A program made the position numbers and the translations under genes. Below are positions 38,777 through 48,359 of a stretch of 64,000 nt of DNA, piece by piece (positions within the stretch are counted from its first letter, which is position 1; the number at the start of each line of letters is the position of its first letter). The DNA comes from Longimicrobiales bacterium (GTDB lineage: Bacteria > Gemmatimonadota > Gemmatimonadetes > Longimicrobiales > Gaopeijiaceae), in NCBI GenBank assembly GCA_041690395.1, contig JAWLHJ010000005.1, positions 96,001-160,000 on the forward strand. The letters are read 5' to 3'. Under the pieces are notes generated by a model. The model was not told the DNA's origin and ran no database searches. It saw only the letters and a program-made list of their open reading frames with translations.

Positions 38777-39535
38777 ATGGAACACACGACTACCGGGTGG
38801 GACGCGGCTCAGAGCGGGACGGACGTCGCTGCGCGTGACGATCTGATCTCACGGCACATGAGGCTGGTGCATCACGTCGCGCGGCAGGTGATGCGATCCA
38901 CAAGCGCGGACGTCGACCTGGACGAGCTCGTCAGCGCTGGAGCCGTTGGGCTCATGAAGGCCATTGAGAACTTCGATCCTTCGCGGGGCCTCGCGTTCAG
39001 CACGTATGCCGCGCCCAGAATTCGGGGCTCGGTGCTCGACGATCTGCGAAGGAGAGATCACGCACCCCGATCGATCCGGAAGAAGCAGCGCGACATCTCG
39101 CGCGCCACGGAGAAGCTGCAGGCGGAGCTGGGGCGCGCTCCGTCGCCGGACGAAGTGGCGAACGAGCTCGGAATCGACGTGACCAAGCTGTGGAAGTGGG
39201 AGCGAGAAACTGAGTATGCGGGGCGGGTGTCCATCGATGCCACCGTCGACTCCGGGTATGGTCGCGCCATGGCCCCGAAGGACGTGCTCGCCGGTGACGA
39301 CGAAGTGAGCGTCGAGGAGGAGATCACTCGGAAAGAAGAAGTGGCGTTCCTGCGTGACGAGATCCTCAACCTGAAGGAACAGGAGCGCCTCGTGCTCTCC
39401 CTGTACTACTTCGAGGAGCTCAAGCTCCATGAGATCGCTTCCATTCTCGGCGTCACCGAATCGCGGATCTCACAGATCAGGTCGCAGGCGGTCGCGAACC
39501 TGCGTGGGCGCCTGGGTCATCTTCGGGAGGACTGA
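38777..39535 (+). CDS. fliA: RNA polymerase sigma-28 factor FliA
   Basis: DELVSAGAVGL..FDPSRG..FSTYA.PRIRGSVLDDLR; LYYFEELKLHEIASILGVTESRISQI. Confidence 0.95.
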   Translation: MEHTTTGWDAAQSGTDVAARDDLISRHMRLVHHVARQVMRSTSADVDLDELVSAGAVGLMKAIENFDPSRGLAFSTYAAPRIRGSVLDDLRRRDHAPRSIRKKQRDISRATEKLQAELGRAPSPDEVANELGIDVTKLWKWERETEYAGRVSIDATVDSGYGRAMAPKDVLAGDDEVSVEEEITRKEEVAFLRDEILNLKEQERLVLSLYYFEELKLHEIASILGVTESRISQIRSQAVANLRGRLGHLRED

Positions 39536-39538
39536 GCC

Positions 39539-40108
39539 ATGAGCCTCCGCCCGACGGTGTTCCTGATGCGGCCCTTCGCCGAGGGTGTCGCGAATGAGCA
39601 GGCCCGTGCCCTCGCTCTCGAGTCGGTACCCGTGGCGCCCACGGAGTTACAGCCCTCTCAGTATGTGGCGGCCCAGGTGCGACGGATCCTGAGAGGAGAA
39701 GGCGACGCGTCGGTCTGGGCCCGCTTGCACGAGGCGCTGGCCGAAGTCGGGAGTGGCTCGGCTTCGTTGTCGCTCCCGTCTGCCGTTCCCACGACCGGTG
39801 CGTCGCCTGCGCCCGGCGATTGGGTCGCGTTCGCTGGGAGGTGGATGGAGTCGTCCCTGAGCTCGGCCTACGCACCCTATGCGCTCGCCCTCGCGGCCGC
39901 GTGCGTTCTCGTCCTCGCTTTCGCCTTCATCACCAGACGTCGGCAAGGCCGAATGTCGCCGCCGGAGGCTGTGGCCTCCGGGAATCTCGACCGTAGAGGC
40001 CAGGTCCGCGCCCTGGCGGCCACCGGCGTTCCCGTCGCCGATATCGCCCGCCGAATGGGCTTGTCCCGGGAAGCCGTCGTCGTCCTGACGCGGGTGCGCA
40101 CGTCGTGA
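39539..40108 (+). CDS. Membrane protein with C-terminal HTH-like motif (SwrB/YlxL-like by architecture and position)
   Basis: TM ALALAAACVLVLAFAFI; C-terminal VRALAATGVPVADIARRMGLSREAV; directly after fliA. Confidence 0.6.
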   Translation: MSLRPTVFLMRPFAEGVANEQARALALESVPVAPTELQPSQYVAAQVRRILRGEGDASVWARLHEALAEVGSGSASLSLPSAVPTTGASPAPGDWVAFAGRWMESSLSSAYAPYALALAAACVLVLAFAFITRRRQGRMSPPEAVASGNLDRRGQVRALAATGVPVADIARRMGLSREAVVVLTRVRTS

Positions 40109-40794
40109 GGGTCGGGGAGGTGAGCGCTCGGGCGCTCCGGTACTGGGAGCAACGCCAGGCCGCCATGTCCAACAATCTGGCCAATGTGGAGACGGCCGGA
40201 TTCAAGGCTGAGCGCGTCTTCGCTCGGCTGCTTGCCGACGGCGACCTCGTGGCCGTGAGCCAGGCCGACCACGCCGAAGGCTCCCTCACCCCTACGGGAC
40301 GGGAGTTGGACATCGCCCTCGGCGGTCGCGGATTTCTCGTCGTCGAAACCCCTGAAGGGGAGGAACGGTGGATTCGAGGTGGCGCTTTGTCCCTGAGCCC
40401 CGATGGCATGCTCGTGGACATGGGCGGACGCGCCGTGCTGGGTGAAGCGGGGCCGATCGTCGTGCCGCCGGGGCAGATCGAGATCACCGCCGCCGGTGAG
40501 CTGCGGGTGGACGGGGAGCCGTTCGACCGATTGAGGCTGGAGAGGCCCGGCGACGCGGAGGTCGTCGAGCGCCGTGGGGCGAATCTCTGGCTTCCGACCG
40601 GACTCAAGACCCCCCTCGGTCCGGACGAGATTCAAGTACGCCAGGGCCACCTCGAAGAGAGCAACGTGGATCCGGTAGGCTCGCTCGTCGAGATGATCGA
40701 GATCCAGCGCGCATATACCGCGATCCAACGTTCGATGCAGACCGAGGACGCGATGATGCAGTCCATAGCGAGCGAGATCGGCCGCATCGGCTGA
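40105..40794 (+). CDS. flgF: Rod protein FlgF
   Basis: SNNLANVETAGFK; TGRELDIAL.GRGF; LEESNVDPV. Confidence 0.9.
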   Translation: MRVGEVSARALRYWEQRQAAMSNNLANVETAGFKAERVFARLLADGDLVAVSQADHAEGSLTPTGRELDIALGGRGFLVVETPEGEERWIRGGALSLSPDGMLVDMGGRAVLGEAGPIVVPPGQIEITAAGELRVDGEPFDRLRLERPGDAEVVERRGANLWLPTGLKTPLGPDEIQVRQGHLEESNVDPVGSLVEMIEIQRAYTAIQRSMQTEDAMMQSIASEIGRIG

Positions 40795-40825
40795 TCCGAA
40801 CGAATCTCAAGACGGAAGAAATCCC

Positions 40826-41614
40826 ATGGATCCAGCACTTCGCGCCGCTGCCACAGGCATGCAGGCACAGCAAACGAGAGTCGAAGTCATCTCCAACAAC
40901 CTGGCGAACGTGAACACCACCGGGTTCAAGCGGAGCCGAGCGCACTTCGAAGACCTGCTCTACCAGACGCGGCAAGGTGCACAGGCCATCGACGGTGCCG
41001 ACAGCGAAACGACCGGGGCCGTCCAGATCGGTCGGGGCACTCGCCTGTCGGCGGTTCAGCGCGTGCACAATCAGGGAGGTGTCGAGCAGACCGGGCGGGC
41101 TCTGGATCTGGCCATCGAAGGAGAGGGGTTCTTCCAGGTGGAGCTTCCGGACGGCACCATCGGCTACACGCGTGACGGCTCGCTGGAGATCTCCGATCAG
41201 GGGACCCTCGTCACGAGCGGTGGCTACACCATCGTACCTGGGATCGCGATTCCGACCGATTCGGCCGAGCTCACCGTGTCGCGCACCGGTGTCGTCTCGG
41301 TGAGCACGGTGGGGGACGCCAGACCTCTGGAGGTCGGCCGGCTGGAGATGGCCCGCTTCACGAACCCATCGGGACTGCGAGCGATGGGTGAGAATCTGTA
41401 TACCGCGACGGGGGCGTCCGGGGAGCCGCTCCTCGGGTTCGCGCAGGAAGGCGGCTTCGGTCGCGTGCTGCAGGGCTCCCTCGAGGGCAGCAACGTCGAG
41501 ATCGTGCAAGAGATGGTCGACATGATCACGGCCATGCGCGCCTACGAGATCAACTCCAAGGCCGTGCAGTCCGCCGAGGAGTTGTCCGAGATCGCCAACA
41601 GCCTGGTCCGATGA
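40826..41614 (+). CDS. flgG: Distal rod protein FlgG
   Basis: AATGMQAQQ..VISNNLANVNTTGFKRSRAHFEDLLYQ; LEGSNVEIVQEMV. Confidence 0.96.
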   Translation: MDPALRAAATGMQAQQTRVEVISNNLANVNTTGFKRSRAHFEDLLYQTRQGAQAIDGADSETTGAVQIGRGTRLSAVQRVHNQGGVEQTGRALDLAIEGEGFFQVELPDGTIGYTRDGSLEISDQGTLVTSGGYTIVPGIAIPTDSAELTVSRTGVVSVSTVGDARPLEVGRLEMARFTNPSGLRAMGENLYTATGASGEPLLGFAQEGGFGRVLQGSLEGSNVEIVQEMVDMITAMRAYEINSKAVQSAEELSEIANSLVR

Positions 41615-42327
41615 CGATGTCCCGGGTCGATCTCTTCCTCGCCATTGCGCTCGCCGCGGTCACGTCGCTTCCGGAGCTCGTCTCGGCGCAGGCCGCTCCC
41701 TGGCCGACCGAAGTGGTCGAAGACGTCGTCCGGCTCGTCTCGGACCAACTCGATGCTCCCGCCGACGAGATCGTGCTCGAGTGGGGGCCCTACCGTGGCG
41801 AACCGGTTCGTCGGGATGCCCCGGTGGAGTTGAAGGGGAGTGGCGCGGGCGGGTACTGGATCGTGCGTACGGAGCAGGTGGATGGTGGAAGCGCCAGCGT
41901 CCGCGTGCGAGCCGGCCGACGCTTGGTCACAGCCGTCGCGGCGCGGAGCGTGGCCCGCGGTGCGGCGCTCACCGCTGAGGACATCACCACGGAGCCTCGT
42001 CTGGCTTGGGGACGGGTGGAGGCGGATTCGTCGTCGGTCCGATCCGGTTGGGTCGCACAGCGTCCCTTGAGGCCGGGCGACGAGCTCGTCACTCCGGCCG
42101 TGCGCCCTCCGTTGGCGGTGCTGTCGGGGCGTCCTGTGGAGATCCGATGGGATCGGGGGTCGGTACGGGTCATCGTGGCGGGAATCGCCTCCGGCTCGGC
42201 GTCCGTGGGAGAGCGCGTGACCGTCCGCACCTCGTCCGGCCGACGGCTGGTGGGCGTGGTCGAGGGATCGGGCATCGTGGACGTGAGCGCTCGAGGAACC
42301 CCCTTATCCGGAGGTGGCGCACGATGA
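41611..42327 (+). CDS. flgA: P-ring chaperone FlgA
   Basis: Signal peptide; SAF-like VAARSVARGAALTAEDI; C-terminal VGERVTVRTSSGRRL; after flgG. Confidence 0.8.
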   Translation: MTMSRVDLFLAIALAAVTSLPELVSAQAAPWPTEVVEDVVRLVSDQLDAPADEIVLEWGPYRGEPVRRDAPVELKGSGAGGYWIVRTEQVDGGSASVRVRAGRRLVTAVAARSVARGAALTAEDITTEPRLAWGRVEADSSSVRSGWVAQRPLRPGDELVTPAVRPPLAVLSGRPVEIRWDRGSVRVIVAGIASGSASVGERVTVRTSSGRRLVGVVEGSGIVDVSARGTPLSGGGAR

Positions 42328-42908
42328 GAACCTCGATGGGCATGCCGGTGGCGGTGTGCGTGGCTGCCTTACTCTTCGGCGCCGCAGCCGCCTCGTCCCA
42401 GGAAGTCGCGCCGGTGAGGAGCTCCTGGACATCGGACGCCTTTCCGGTGCGTGCCGGGGATATCGTGACGATCCTCATCGACGAGTTCACCGTGGCCAGC
42501 GCCGACAGGGACGAAACGAACGCGCGTGAGCGAGATCGCGACGTCGGAGTTCGGGCGAACCCGTCCGGCACGTCGCTCGGCGGCGGGCTCCGTACGCAGA
42601 ACGACGCGTCCAACCGCACGCGAGGGTCTTCGTCTCGAAGGGAACGGTTCACGGCGGAGCTCAGCGCTCGCGTGGTGGAGCTTCTACCCAACGGTGTCGC
42701 TCGGGTCGAGGGGACCAAGCGGGTCCAGATCGACAAACACGAGCAGGAAGTGCTCGTGCGCGGCTTCGTGAGGATCCAGGACATCACCGCGGACAACACG
42801 GTGCCTTCCTGGAAGATCGCGAACGCCGAGCTCGTCTATGACTCCAACGAGGAGCTCGGCAAGGCCGGTGGTATCTGGTCGAAGCTCCTGGACCTGATCG
42901 TGCCATGA
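42324..42908 (+). CDS. flgH: L-ring protein FlgH (no evident lipobox)
   Basis: GDIVTILIDE; RVVELLPNG..VEGTK; GFVRIQDITADNTVPSWKIANA. Confidence 0.88.
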   Translation: MRTSMGMPVAVCVAALLFGAAAASSQEVAPVRSSWTSDAFPVRAGDIVTILIDEFTVASADRDETNARERDRDVGVRANPSGTSLGGGLRTQNDASNRTRGSSSRRERFTAELSARVVELLPNGVARVEGTKRVQIDKHEQEVLVRGFVRIQDITADNTVPSWKIANAELVYDSNEELGKAGGIWSKLLDLIVP

Positions 42909-44026
42909 TACGCTGGACGGGGGAAACCGCAGCGGGTGTCGAGGAAGCGCCCCTGAGCAACGCGACGCTGCGACGGATGGAGGCCTGGATGCATGTGGTG
43001 GCTGCCATCGTGACGCTCGCTCTTCTGGTCACGGCGGTAGCCGTGGGCGCGCAGGAGACGCGCATCAGCGATCTGACCGTGGGCGGGGGCGAGGTTCCCG
43101 TCCGACTCGTCGGATACGGCCTGGTCGTCGGGCTCGACGGCACGGGTGACCGGGTGGTCGGGGGGTTCTCCTCGGGCCATACCGTGCGCTCCGTCGCCAA
43201 CTTGCTCAGGCGGTTCGACGTCGAGGTTCCGGAGAACATGCTCCGGACCCGGAACGTCGCGGCAGTGCTGGTGACGGCGGAGGTATCGCCGTACCTGCGT
43301 CCTGGAGGGCGCTTCGACATCCATGTCTCCTCCTTGGGAGATGCCCAATCCCTTCGGGGCGGGGTCCTGTGGATCACGCCGCTGCAGAGCGGACCTTCGA
43401 TCGATCCCGTCGCGTCGGCGCAGGGACCGCTGTTGATCAGCGAAGGTTCGGCGAGCAGCAATCGATACGCCGTCGAGACCACGGCGGCCCTGCCGGGAGG
43501 TGGGATCCTGGAGCAGCCCCTCCCCCGACTGGAGTTCGGCGTCGCCCCGGTGCTGCACCTCCGGCGTCCCGATCTCGTCACGGCGTCACGCATCGCGGAG
43601 GCGATCAACCTGAGCGTGGCCCCGGGTGTCGCGGTGGTCGAAGATCCGGGCTCCATATCCCTCACGCTGGCGGATGGCATGGAGCCGTGGGATGCGGCGC
43701 GCCTTGCCGAGATCGGCAATCTCCCGGTCCAGCCGGGCCGCTCCGCGCGCGTCGTGATCGACAGTCGGTCGGGGACCGTCATCGCCGGGGGCGACATCAC
43801 CATCGGTGAGGCGGTGGTCAGCTACGGGGAGCTGACGCTCGCCATTGGCGCATCGGCGCCCGCGGATCCTCTGGTCTTCGGAGACCTTCGCATGAATCCC
43901 GGCGCTTCGGTGCAGGACATCGCCGCCGCCCTCCACGGCGTCGCAGCGCGGCCGGAAGCCATCGCGGCGGTGTTCGAGTCGCTGCGCCAGGTCGGCGCGC
44001 TCACGGCGGAGGTGACCCTCCGATGA
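42905..44026 (+). CDS. flgI: P-ring protein FlgI
   Basis: LVGYGLVVGLDGTGD; RNVAAVLVTA; VSSLGDAQSLRGG; true start may be downstream. Confidence 0.94.
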   Translation: MIRWTGETAAGVEEAPLSNATLRRMEAWMHVVAAIVTLALLVTAVAVGAQETRISDLTVGGGEVPVRLVGYGLVVGLDGTGDRVVGGFSSGHTVRSVANLLRRFDVEVPENMLRTRNVAAVLVTAEVSPYLRPGGRFDIHVSSLGDAQSLRGGVLWITPLQSGPSIDPVASAQGPLLISEGSASSNRYAVETTAALPGGGILEQPLPRLEFGVAPVLHLRRPDLVTASRIAEAINLSVAPGVAVVEDPGSISLTLADGMEPWDAARLAEIGNLPVQPGRSARVVIDSRSGTVIAGGDITIGEAVVSYGELTLAIGASAPADPLVFGDLRMNPGASVQDIAAALHGVAARPEAIAAVFESLRQVGALTAEVTLR

Positions 44027-44406
44027 CCGGTGCGATCGGCGGGAGCGGCGGACGCGCCGCCATCGGCCCTACCGCACCGGGACCCGGTGGAGATGGGCTG
44101 CAGGCGCTGAAGGATGGTCGGGTGGAGGGAGACGCCCAGCGGCTTCGAACGGCCACCCAACTCCTCGAGGGCACCTTCTATCAGGAGGTCTTCAAGGCCA
44201 TGCGCGCCACGGTGCCAGAGGGGGGGATGGTGTCCGGCGGATCCGGTGAGGAGATCTTCACGGGGATGCTGGATCAGACCGTCGCCGACGCGGCCGCGGC
44301 TCGAAACGATGGTGGTCTCGGGAGCGCTCTGTACCGGTACCTGACACAACGCATCCATGGCGGTGCTTCACCGACCCCGGGGCCGCACGGAGAAGGCGCC
44401 CCGTGA
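44023..44406 (+). CDS. flgJ: Rod-capping FlgJ, rod-binding domain only
   Basis: LRTATQLLEGTFYQEVFKAMRATVP.GG...EEIFTGMLD; 127 aa, no muramidase domain. Confidence 0.88.
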   Translation: MTGAIGGSGGRAAIGPTAPGPGGDGLQALKDGRVEGDAQRLRTATQLLEGTFYQEVFKAMRATVPEGGMVSGGSGEEIFTGMLDQTVADAAAARNDGGLGSALYRYLTQRIHGGASPTPGPHGEGAP

Positions 44407-44936
44407 TCGCCCAGACGGTGGGTGCCGAGGAGCCTTCGGTCAGTGTGAGCAGCCGTCGCGACCGCTGGCCGGAGCTGGGTGAGGCGTTCGATACGGAGCG
44501 TCGCCTCCTCGGCGAGCTGATACGTATCCTCTTGCATCAGCGGGAGGGCTTGTCAGGGAATGACGTGGAGATCCTCGACGACTCCGTCTACTCGGCGCAG
44601 CGCGTGCTCCTGACCCTCCACGAGGCCCGACGACGGAGACAGAGCCTGCTCAAGCTCCTCCTTCCGGGGGAAGCGGTGAATCTGTCCTCCCTGCGTGACG
44701 AGCTCGTCGGAGCACCGGCCGCGACGCTGGAGGCACTCGACCGGCTCCTGGACGCGGCACAGGCGCTGCGCCGCGAGCTCGGCATCAATCGCACCGCGAT
44801 TCAGGGCGCCGCCAGCATCGGAGACGGACTGATCCGGGCGCTCACGCGTTCGGCCGGCCGGGCGACCTCGTACGCCAGACACACCGACGGAAGCCCGGCC
44901 GCTCCTTCCGGTGTGCTGCTGGACCGCCAAGGTTAG
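44403..44936 (+). CDS. flgN: Export chaperone FlgN
   Basis: Helical; directly before flgK; C-terminal TSY...GVLLDRQG. Confidence 0.75.
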   Translation: MIAQTVGAEEPSVSVSSRRDRWPELGEAFDTERRLLGELIRILLHQREGLSGNDVEILDDSVYSAQRVLLTLHEARRRRQSLLKLLLPGEAVNLSSLRDELVGAPAATLEALDRLLDAAQALRRELGINRTAIQGAASIGDGLIRALTRSAGRATSYARHTDGSPAAPSGVLLDRQG

Positions 44937-44945
44937 GAGGCGTCG

Positions 44946-46319
44946 ATGCCCTCTCTCGGAAGCATTCTCCAGATCGCGACCAGCGGCCTTCGGACCCAGC
45001 AGCAGGCTCTGAACGTCACCGCGCACAACATCGCGAACGCGTCGACGGAGGGGTATTCGCGACAGCGCGCGGTGCTCACCGCCACGCCGGGGGTGCACCT
45101 GGCCGACGGGGTCTTTGGCAGCGGTGCCGGCGTCTCCGACATCCAGAGCGTACGCGATGGGCTCCTGGACGCGGCGTATTTTCGTGAGGTGTCCGCCTCC
45201 AGCGAGTTCGATGGCCGCGCGGCGATGCTGGGGCGTGTCGAAGGGCTCTTCGAGGAGCCGTCGGAGCTCGGCCTGGCCGCCGCCCTCGACCGCTTCCATT
45301 CAGCTTGGAGCGAGCTGTCGGCCAACCCGTCCAGCAGCCCGGTCCGCACCGTGCTGCGACAGACCGCGTCGGTGCTGACCCGGCAATTCCACGAGCTGGC
45401 GGCGGGTCTCGACACCATCCGCCAGGAAGCCGAGGCCCGGCTCCAACAGGGCGTGGATTCGGCCAACTCGCTCATGTCCCGGATCGGAGACCTGAATCGC
45501 CAGATCGTGTCCACCGAATCAGACGGCACGACCGCCGGGGATCTGCGGGACGCTCGAGGCCGTGCCCTCGCCGAGCTCGCGGATCTGCTGCCGATTCAGG
45601 CCGTGGAGCGCGACAATGGAAGTATGGGTGTCATCATATCCGGCGTCACGGTGGTCGACGGAGCGGAGTCGTTGAGTCTCGAGGCTCGGGCCTCCGGGGG
45701 GGGCTGGGAGATCGGCGTCGTCGGGCGCACGGGGGCGCTGGGCGACGGTGGACGACTGGGTGGCCTCATGGATGTGGTCAACTCGGACTTGCCGGAGGTG
45801 AGACAAGGCCTCGACGATCTCGCCGCGGCTCTCGTGGAGGAGACGAATCTTCTCCATCGGACGGGGACCAATCCCGACGGCGGGACCGGAATCGACTTCT
45901 TCGACCCGGCCGGCCTGACGGCCTCTTCCATCGGACTGTCCGCGGAGGTGCGGGCCGACGCGGGAGCGATCGCCGCGGGTACACCGGACGGAAGTGGTGA
46001 CTACCGTGCCGGTGCGAACGATGTCGCTCTGGGACTGGCCGCACTCCGGGACGCGACACTCGGGTCCTTGGGCGTGTCGGGCGCCGAGCACTACCGGGGG
46101 CTGGTGTCCTCGGTCGGTGTTGCCGTACGTTCGATGGATCAAGCCGCTGAATCCCACCGGATTCTCGCGGACCAGGCCGACATTCGACGGATGCGGGTCA
46201 GTGGGGTCTCCGTGGACGAGGAGCTCGTCAAGATGATCGAGTTCCAGCGCGCGTATCAGGCCTCCGCCCGGGTCATCAGCGCGGCCGACGAGATGCTCCA
46301 GTCCTTGCTGGCGGTGTGA
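44946..46319 (+). CDS. flgK: Hook-associated protein FlgK
   Basis: LNVTAHNIANASTEGYSRQ; SGVSVDEELVKMIEFQRAYQASARVI. Confidence 0.95.
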   Translation: MPSLGSILQIATSGLRTQQQALNVTAHNIANASTEGYSRQRAVLTATPGVHLADGVFGSGAGVSDIQSVRDGLLDAAYFREVSASSEFDGRAAMLGRVEGLFEEPSELGLAAALDRFHSAWSELSANPSSSPVRTVLRQTASVLTRQFHELAAGLDTIRQEAEARLQQGVDSANSLMSRIGDLNRQIVSTESDGTTAGDLRDARGRALAELADLLPIQAVERDNGSMGVIISGVTVVDGAESLSLEARASGGGWEIGVVGRTGALGDGGRLGGLMDVVNSDLPEVRQGLDDLAAALVEETNLLHRTGTNPDGGTGIDFFDPAGLTASSIGLSAEVRADAGAIAAGTPDGSGDYRAGANDVALGLAALRDATLGSLGVSGAEHYRGLVSSVGVAVRSMDQAAESHRILADQADIRRMRVSGVSVDEELVKMIEFQRAYQASARVISAADEMLQSLLAV

Positions 46320-46373
46320 TCCGATTCGATCGGCCCGCCTTCGAGGGCGGCTCCTTCAACTCGAGTTGGGTTC

Positions 46374-46646
46374 ATGCTGATCCTGAGTCGCAAGCCTGGC
46401 GACGCCGTGCTGATCGACGGTGGCATTCGCATTGTCGTCCTGTCGACGGACGGAGGAGGCGTGCGCCTGGGTATCGAGGCGCCGGCGTCCGTCGGCATCG
46501 TGCGGGAAGAGATCGCTCGGGATATCGCCGAAGAGAACGTACGGGCCGGAGCAACGCCCGAGACGCGCGCATGGCTCGAGGCGTTGGGCTCGGACCCCGC
46601 TGAACCGGCGGAGGTCACGGACGCGGACTCCGCCGACGAAGTGTGA
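46374..46646 (+). CDS. csrA: Translational regulator CsrA
   Basis: MLILSRKPGDAVLIDGGIRIVVL...VRLGIEAP...REEI..EN, with C-terminal extension typical of FliW-regulated CsrA. Confidence 0.92.
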   Translation: MLILSRKPGDAVLIDGGIRIVVLSTDGGGVRLGIEAPASVGIVREEIARDIAEENVRAGATPETRAWLEALGSDPAEPAEVTDADSADEV

Positions 46647-46731
46647 CCGAAGCTTCGCATCGCCACGTGGTGGAGGAGCAACGTCACGGGACATCGGCCA
46701 CTCGACCCCGGCCTGGACGGGGGCGCCGAGG

Positions 46732-47370
46732 TTACTTCGAGGCGCGGGACACCTCGAGGGACGGGAAGGAGACCGTCGCGCCGTCTGCCGTCACCGAACA
46801 CGAGCCCGCATCCATGGCGAAGACCGCCGACAGGGCGGCGGTCCATGGGCCCGGGGGCACGGGCGCCACGGAGGGGATGTCGATGTGGGCCGCCTTCGCG
46901 TCACCGCGGACCACCACGGGCCTGTCCAGTCGGTCCCAGTCGCCTCCCAGACGATCGATGAGGAGCGCCATGGCCCGGACGGTCCTGCCTGCTCCCACCA
47001 GGACTGCCGGCGTCCCGTCCGCGACCGAAACGCGAGGCGGACGGACATAACCCTTGTCGCGCGCCTTCGCGTGCATGCTGAGCGCCTCGGCCACGAGGTC
47101 CTGAGGTAGCCGGGCTTCCGCACCGGCCTCCGGATTCGCGGGAATGAGCTGAAGCAATCGGGCGAGTTGCTCCAGCTTCGCGGTCTCGTCCTGGAATGCC
47201 TCCGGTACGGGCTCCCCGAGCTGCATGAGCTGTGTCACCGCCATGAGCGAGCTGACGCGGCTGTTCAGATCGTGACACACGCCCCGGATGATCCTGTCGA
47301 CGAGCGCGCTCCAGCCGGCGCTTTCCAGGAGCGAGCCTGCGGTCGTGGGAGGATAGTCGTCCGTTGTCAC
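46732..47370 (-). CDS. ChpT-like histidine phosphotransferase (DHp with His + degenerate CA domain)
   Basis: 212 aa from a GTG start with GGAG upstream; IRGVCHDLNSRVSSL H-box; C-terminal half lacks N/G1/G2 boxes. Confidence 0.65.
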   Translation of the reverse strand: MTTDDYPPTTAGSLLESAGWSALVDRIIRGVCHDLNSRVSSLMAVTQLMQLGEPVPEAFQDETAKLEQLARLLQLIPANPEAGAEARLPQDLVAEALSMHAKARDKGYVRPPRVSVADGTPAVLVGAGRTVRAMALLIDRLGGDWDRLDRPVVVRGDAKAAHIDIPSVAPVPPGPWTAALSAVFAMDAGSCSVTADGATVSFPSLEVSRASK

Positions 47371-47377
47371 TCGTCGC

Positions 47378-47404
47378 TCCAGTTCACACGCGGGCTGTCG
47401 ATAC
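47378..47404 (+). promoter_or_regulatory. Putative sigma28 promoter of motAB
   Basis: TCCA(GTT)-N15-GTCGATAC. Confidence 0.5.
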
Positions 47405-47495
47405 TGGTACGTGCGGGAAGGATCCCGCGCCAGGGCATCGAGTCGGTGGGCGCGTCGCGTCGGCCGCAAGGCAAGGAAGCCACAGGGGGCCCTCA

Positions 47496-48356
47496 GTGTC
47501 TGTGTTCATTGGTCTCGGGGTCGTCTTCGGGAGCATCATCGTCGGATATACGATGCACCATGGCGAGCTCGCGATTCTCATACAGGTCAGCGAGTTCATC
47601 ATCATCGGCGGCGCCGCGTTCGGTGCCGTGATCGTGGGTAATCCACCCTCGACGGTGAAAGCGATGTTCGCGGAGACGATCGGTCTCCTCAAGCCCGATC
47701 CGTACGGCAAGGCGACGTTCCGGGACCTACTCCAGGTCCTGTACGACATCTTCTACCAGGCCCGAAGGGACGGGCTCGTCGGCGTCGAAGCGCATGTGGA
47801 GAAGCCCTTCGAGAGCGAGCTCTTCAAGCAATATCCGAGCTTTCGGGACAACCACCACGCCGTGTCTTTCCTCGCCGACACCATGAAGGTGTTGCTCACC
47901 GGTGCCGTCGAGGACCATCACCTGTCGGAGATCCTCGATCTGGATCTCGAGCAGCACCACCACGAGGCGATGGTCGTGCCCACGCGGTTGCAGGCCGTCG
48001 CCGACGCCATGCCCGGCTTCGGTATCGTCGCCGCGGTGCTCGGGGTGATCATCACCATGGGTAAGATCGGTGGATCACCGGAGGTGATCGGGAAGAGCGT
48101 CGCCGCCGCGTTGGTCGGGACCTTCCTCGGCATCCTTCTGGCGTACGGTGTGGTCGGCCCCATCGCCCAGGCCGTCGAGAACCGGGTGGTGGCACAGGAG
48201 CGCTATCTCGGCTGCATTCGTACGGCCTTGCTGTCCTTCGCGCGCGGGGACCCCCCGATCACCTCGGTGGAGTTCGCCCGCCGGAACATCGAGCCGGCGG
48301 ATCGCCCCTCGTTCGAGGAGCTCGAAGAGATGACGCGTAAGCGAGGGAAGGGGTAG
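47496..48356 (+). CDS. motA: Stator protein MotA
   Basis: EFIIIGGAA; ARRDGLVGVE; MPGFGIVAAVLG; ALVGTFLGILLAYG. Confidence 0.95.
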   Translation: MSVFIGLGVVFGSIIVGYTMHHGELAILIQVSEFIIIGGAAFGAVIVGNPPSTVKAMFAETIGLLKPDPYGKATFRDLLQVLYDIFYQARRDGLVGVEAHVEKPFESELFKQYPSFRDNHHAVSFLADTMKVLLTGAVEDHHLSEILDLDLEQHHHEAMVVPTRLQAVADAMPGFGIVAAVLGVIITMGKIGGSPEVIGKSVAAALVGTFLGILLAYGVVGPIAQAVENRVVAQERYLGCIRTALLSFARGDPPITSVEFARRNIEPADRPSFEELEEMTRKRGKG

Positions 48357-48359
48357 AGC

